Notes under the pieces: generated by a model
Database searches by the model: none
What the model saw: only the letters and a program-made list of their open reading frames with translations
Told to the model about the DNA's origin: nothing
Shown here: one piece after another, positions 62,845 through 64,000 of the stretch
Layout of the letters: each line of letters opens with the position of its first letter
Position numbering within the stretch: position 1 is the first letter of the stretch
Assembly (NCBI GenBank): GCA_022710715.1
Contig: JAKLGJ010000001.1
Span: forward strand, 554,041 to 618,040
Source: Candidatus Omnitrophota bacterium
GTDB lineage: Bacteria; Omnitrophota; Gorgyraeia; Gygaellales; Profunditerraquicolaceae
DNA: 64,000 nt
Direction: 5' to 3'
Position numbers and translations under genes: made by a program

Positions 62845-64000
62845 ATCTTTTTTTTGTTTATTTTAAATAAAATCAGCTGCGCGCAGCTGCCGACGCGCAC
62901 TATCCCGGCCAAAAGCAGCGTCGCATGCAATCCCAGGGCGGGCAAGAGTATCGCTCCTGCGAGTATGCCGGCGAGCCAGCCCCCAGCCACGTCTGCGGCG
63001 AATAATTCGCCGGCAACCAGGCTTACGTTCGAGCGGCGCGCGGAAAGCGCCGCGCCGAGCGGAAAGATCAGGCCGAGCAAAAAACCGGCGCCCGCAAAGA
63101 ACGCAATGAATATCCAGTACGGATACGCCGCCAGAGAAATCGTCCGGGCGAGGACGAAGGTGATCAGCGCGCAGAACAGCTCTATCGCTATCAGCAGGTT
63201 CAATAGCGCGGCGCGCGTTCGGCCGCTGGTAAGCCGCATCGCGGCAAATCCTCCCAGAGCGACTCCGGACATGAATACCGCGATGGTCAAGCCGATAGCC
63301 TGATAGAGCGTTCCATAGACGTTCTGGAACCGGAAGAGCAATACCAGGTTTATCACCATCGCCCAGAATCCGCTCTGTCCCAGCGCATACGCGAGCACGA
63401 TCCGTTTGCGCGCGGACGGGAGTAAGCGCGCTCCCTGATACGCGATCCCCCATACCAGGAGCGCAGCCGCTATCCACACCCACAGCGGCAATGCGCCGGT
63501 TGCCGCGTAGCCCGAAGCCACAAGCGGAGAAAACCGGCGATTCCATAAACGCATGGCTTCGAACAATCCCACCGGTTGCGCATCGCGGTTTATCCGCCGG
63601 CTTCCTCCTGCCAGCGCCTCTTGCAGCCAGCGTTCTTTTTCCCGATCCAGCCGCGTCGCAAGATAGTCGGGCGTGAGCAACCCGGTCTCCAGGCCGCGCT
63701 GGCGCAGCCGCCGGGACACCTCTGCGGCCGTCAGATCGCTGATACCTGTATCGGCGCAGGATACTACCAGAAAGTAATCACCGGGAATAATCCGGGTAGC
63801 GGGAAACGCTGCGGCGGCATTGAGCACAACCCGGGTGGCGTCGCGCAACTCGGCGCTGATATAGGCGGGCGCGCCGGGAAGCCAGAAGGCCAGTATTCCG
63901 CCGGCGTTCAAACGACGTTCAAGCAGCGTGAAACTTTCCCGGGTGAACAGCCGGTTCGCGGTCAAATCCGCGCTCTGCCCCGCGCCGATCATGATCAGAT
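62841..64000 (-). CDS. partial CDS (N-terminus beyond the window): spermidine-synthase-like C-terminal segment fused to a C-terminal polytopic membrane domain
   Basis: The reading frame is open upstream of the track's M at 63992. GGILAFWLPGAPAYISAELRDATRVVLNAAAAFPATRIIPGDYFLVVSC resembles the SpeE C-terminal region. It is followed by 6-7 hydrophobic helices. Confidence 0.4.
   Translation of the reverse strand, partial: LIMIGAGQSADLTANRLFTRESFTLLERRLNAGGILAFWLPGAPAYISAELRDATRVVLNAAAAFPATRIIPGDYFLVVSCADTGISDLTAAEVSRRLRQRGLETGLLTPDYLATRLDREKERWLQEALAGGSRRINRDAQPVGLFEAMRLWNRRFSPLVASGYAATGALPLWVWIAAALLVWGIAYQGARLLPSARKRIVLAYALGQSGFWAMVINLVLLFRFQNVYGTLYQAIGLTIAVFMSGVALGGFAAMRLTSGRTRAALLNLLIAIELFCALITFVLARTISLAAYPYWIFIAFFAGAGFLLGLIFPLGAALSARRSNVSLVAGELFAADVAGGWLAGILAGAILLPALGLHATLLLAGIVRVGSCAQLILFKINKKKI

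Noticed and set aside
62875-62890. Palindrome CAGCTGCGCGCAGCTG near the 3' end of the last gene, as a possible terminator
   Set aside because: It lies inside the coding sequence and is not followed by a U-tract.

Overview
This 64 kb window is a bacterial chromosomal segment in which every gene I can support lies on the minus strand. All of the longer plus-strand ORFs read as antisense shadows of minus-strand genes.

Most of the window is conserved housekeeping.
- Left end: pheA (partial) -> scpB -> ruvA -> ruvC -> yebC; rnhA overlapping an RNase P RNA (rnpB, type A); tRNA-Val(CAC) and tRNA-Met(CAU).
- 12.1-21.0 kb: UvrD-family helicase, DUF192 protein, CstA; dnaG-rpoD; Nif3-family and CvpA-family proteins.
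- groESL with a textbook sigma70 promoter overlapping a CIRCE (HrcA) operator.
- Right half: one uninterrupted ribosomal/transcription super-operon: tRNA-Thr, rpmG, tRNA-Trp, secE-nusG-rplKAJL-rpoBC, rpsL-rpsG-fusA-tuf, then the S10, spc and alpha operons (Z-type S14 present, no L30 gene).
- The alpha operon runs with 4-26 nt gaps into a metabolic block: class I aminotransferase, LeuC-family large subunit, pilT, LeuD-family small subunit, IDH/homoisocitrate-DH-family dehydrogenase, mdh. After a 47-nt gap come lpd, lipB and a stand-alone lipoyl-domain protein.

The accessory content sits at about 5.4-12.1 kb and 23.3-24.3 kb.
- A co-directional cluster encodes a stand-alone MshEN-like domain with a c-di-GMP-binding motif (truncated GspE N-terminus), a PilZ-like protein, a 452-aa cysteine-rich secreted protein, a 276-aa secreted protein, two prepilin-type proteins and a small membrane protein. 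A monocistronic 400-aa secreted repeat protein gene lies just downstream.
- A second monocistronic cassette between groES and the lipoyl genes encodes a secreted protein with four NPGNVPDSTYE-type tandem repeats.
- Three of these accessory transcription units share an unusual layout: a predicted sigma70 promoter, then a leader that ends in an intrinsic-terminator-like hairpin plus U-tract 14-28 nt before the RBS. One leader resembles the 5' half of a c-di-GMP-I (GEMM) aptamer.
- I propose the 6.9-12.1 kb cluster plus these leaders as a candidate undescribed c-di-GMP-controlled pseudopilus/adhesin module.

I found no CRISPR array, rRNA gene, transposase or integrase. Coordinates of non-ORF features were read by hand and may be off by 1-3 nt.
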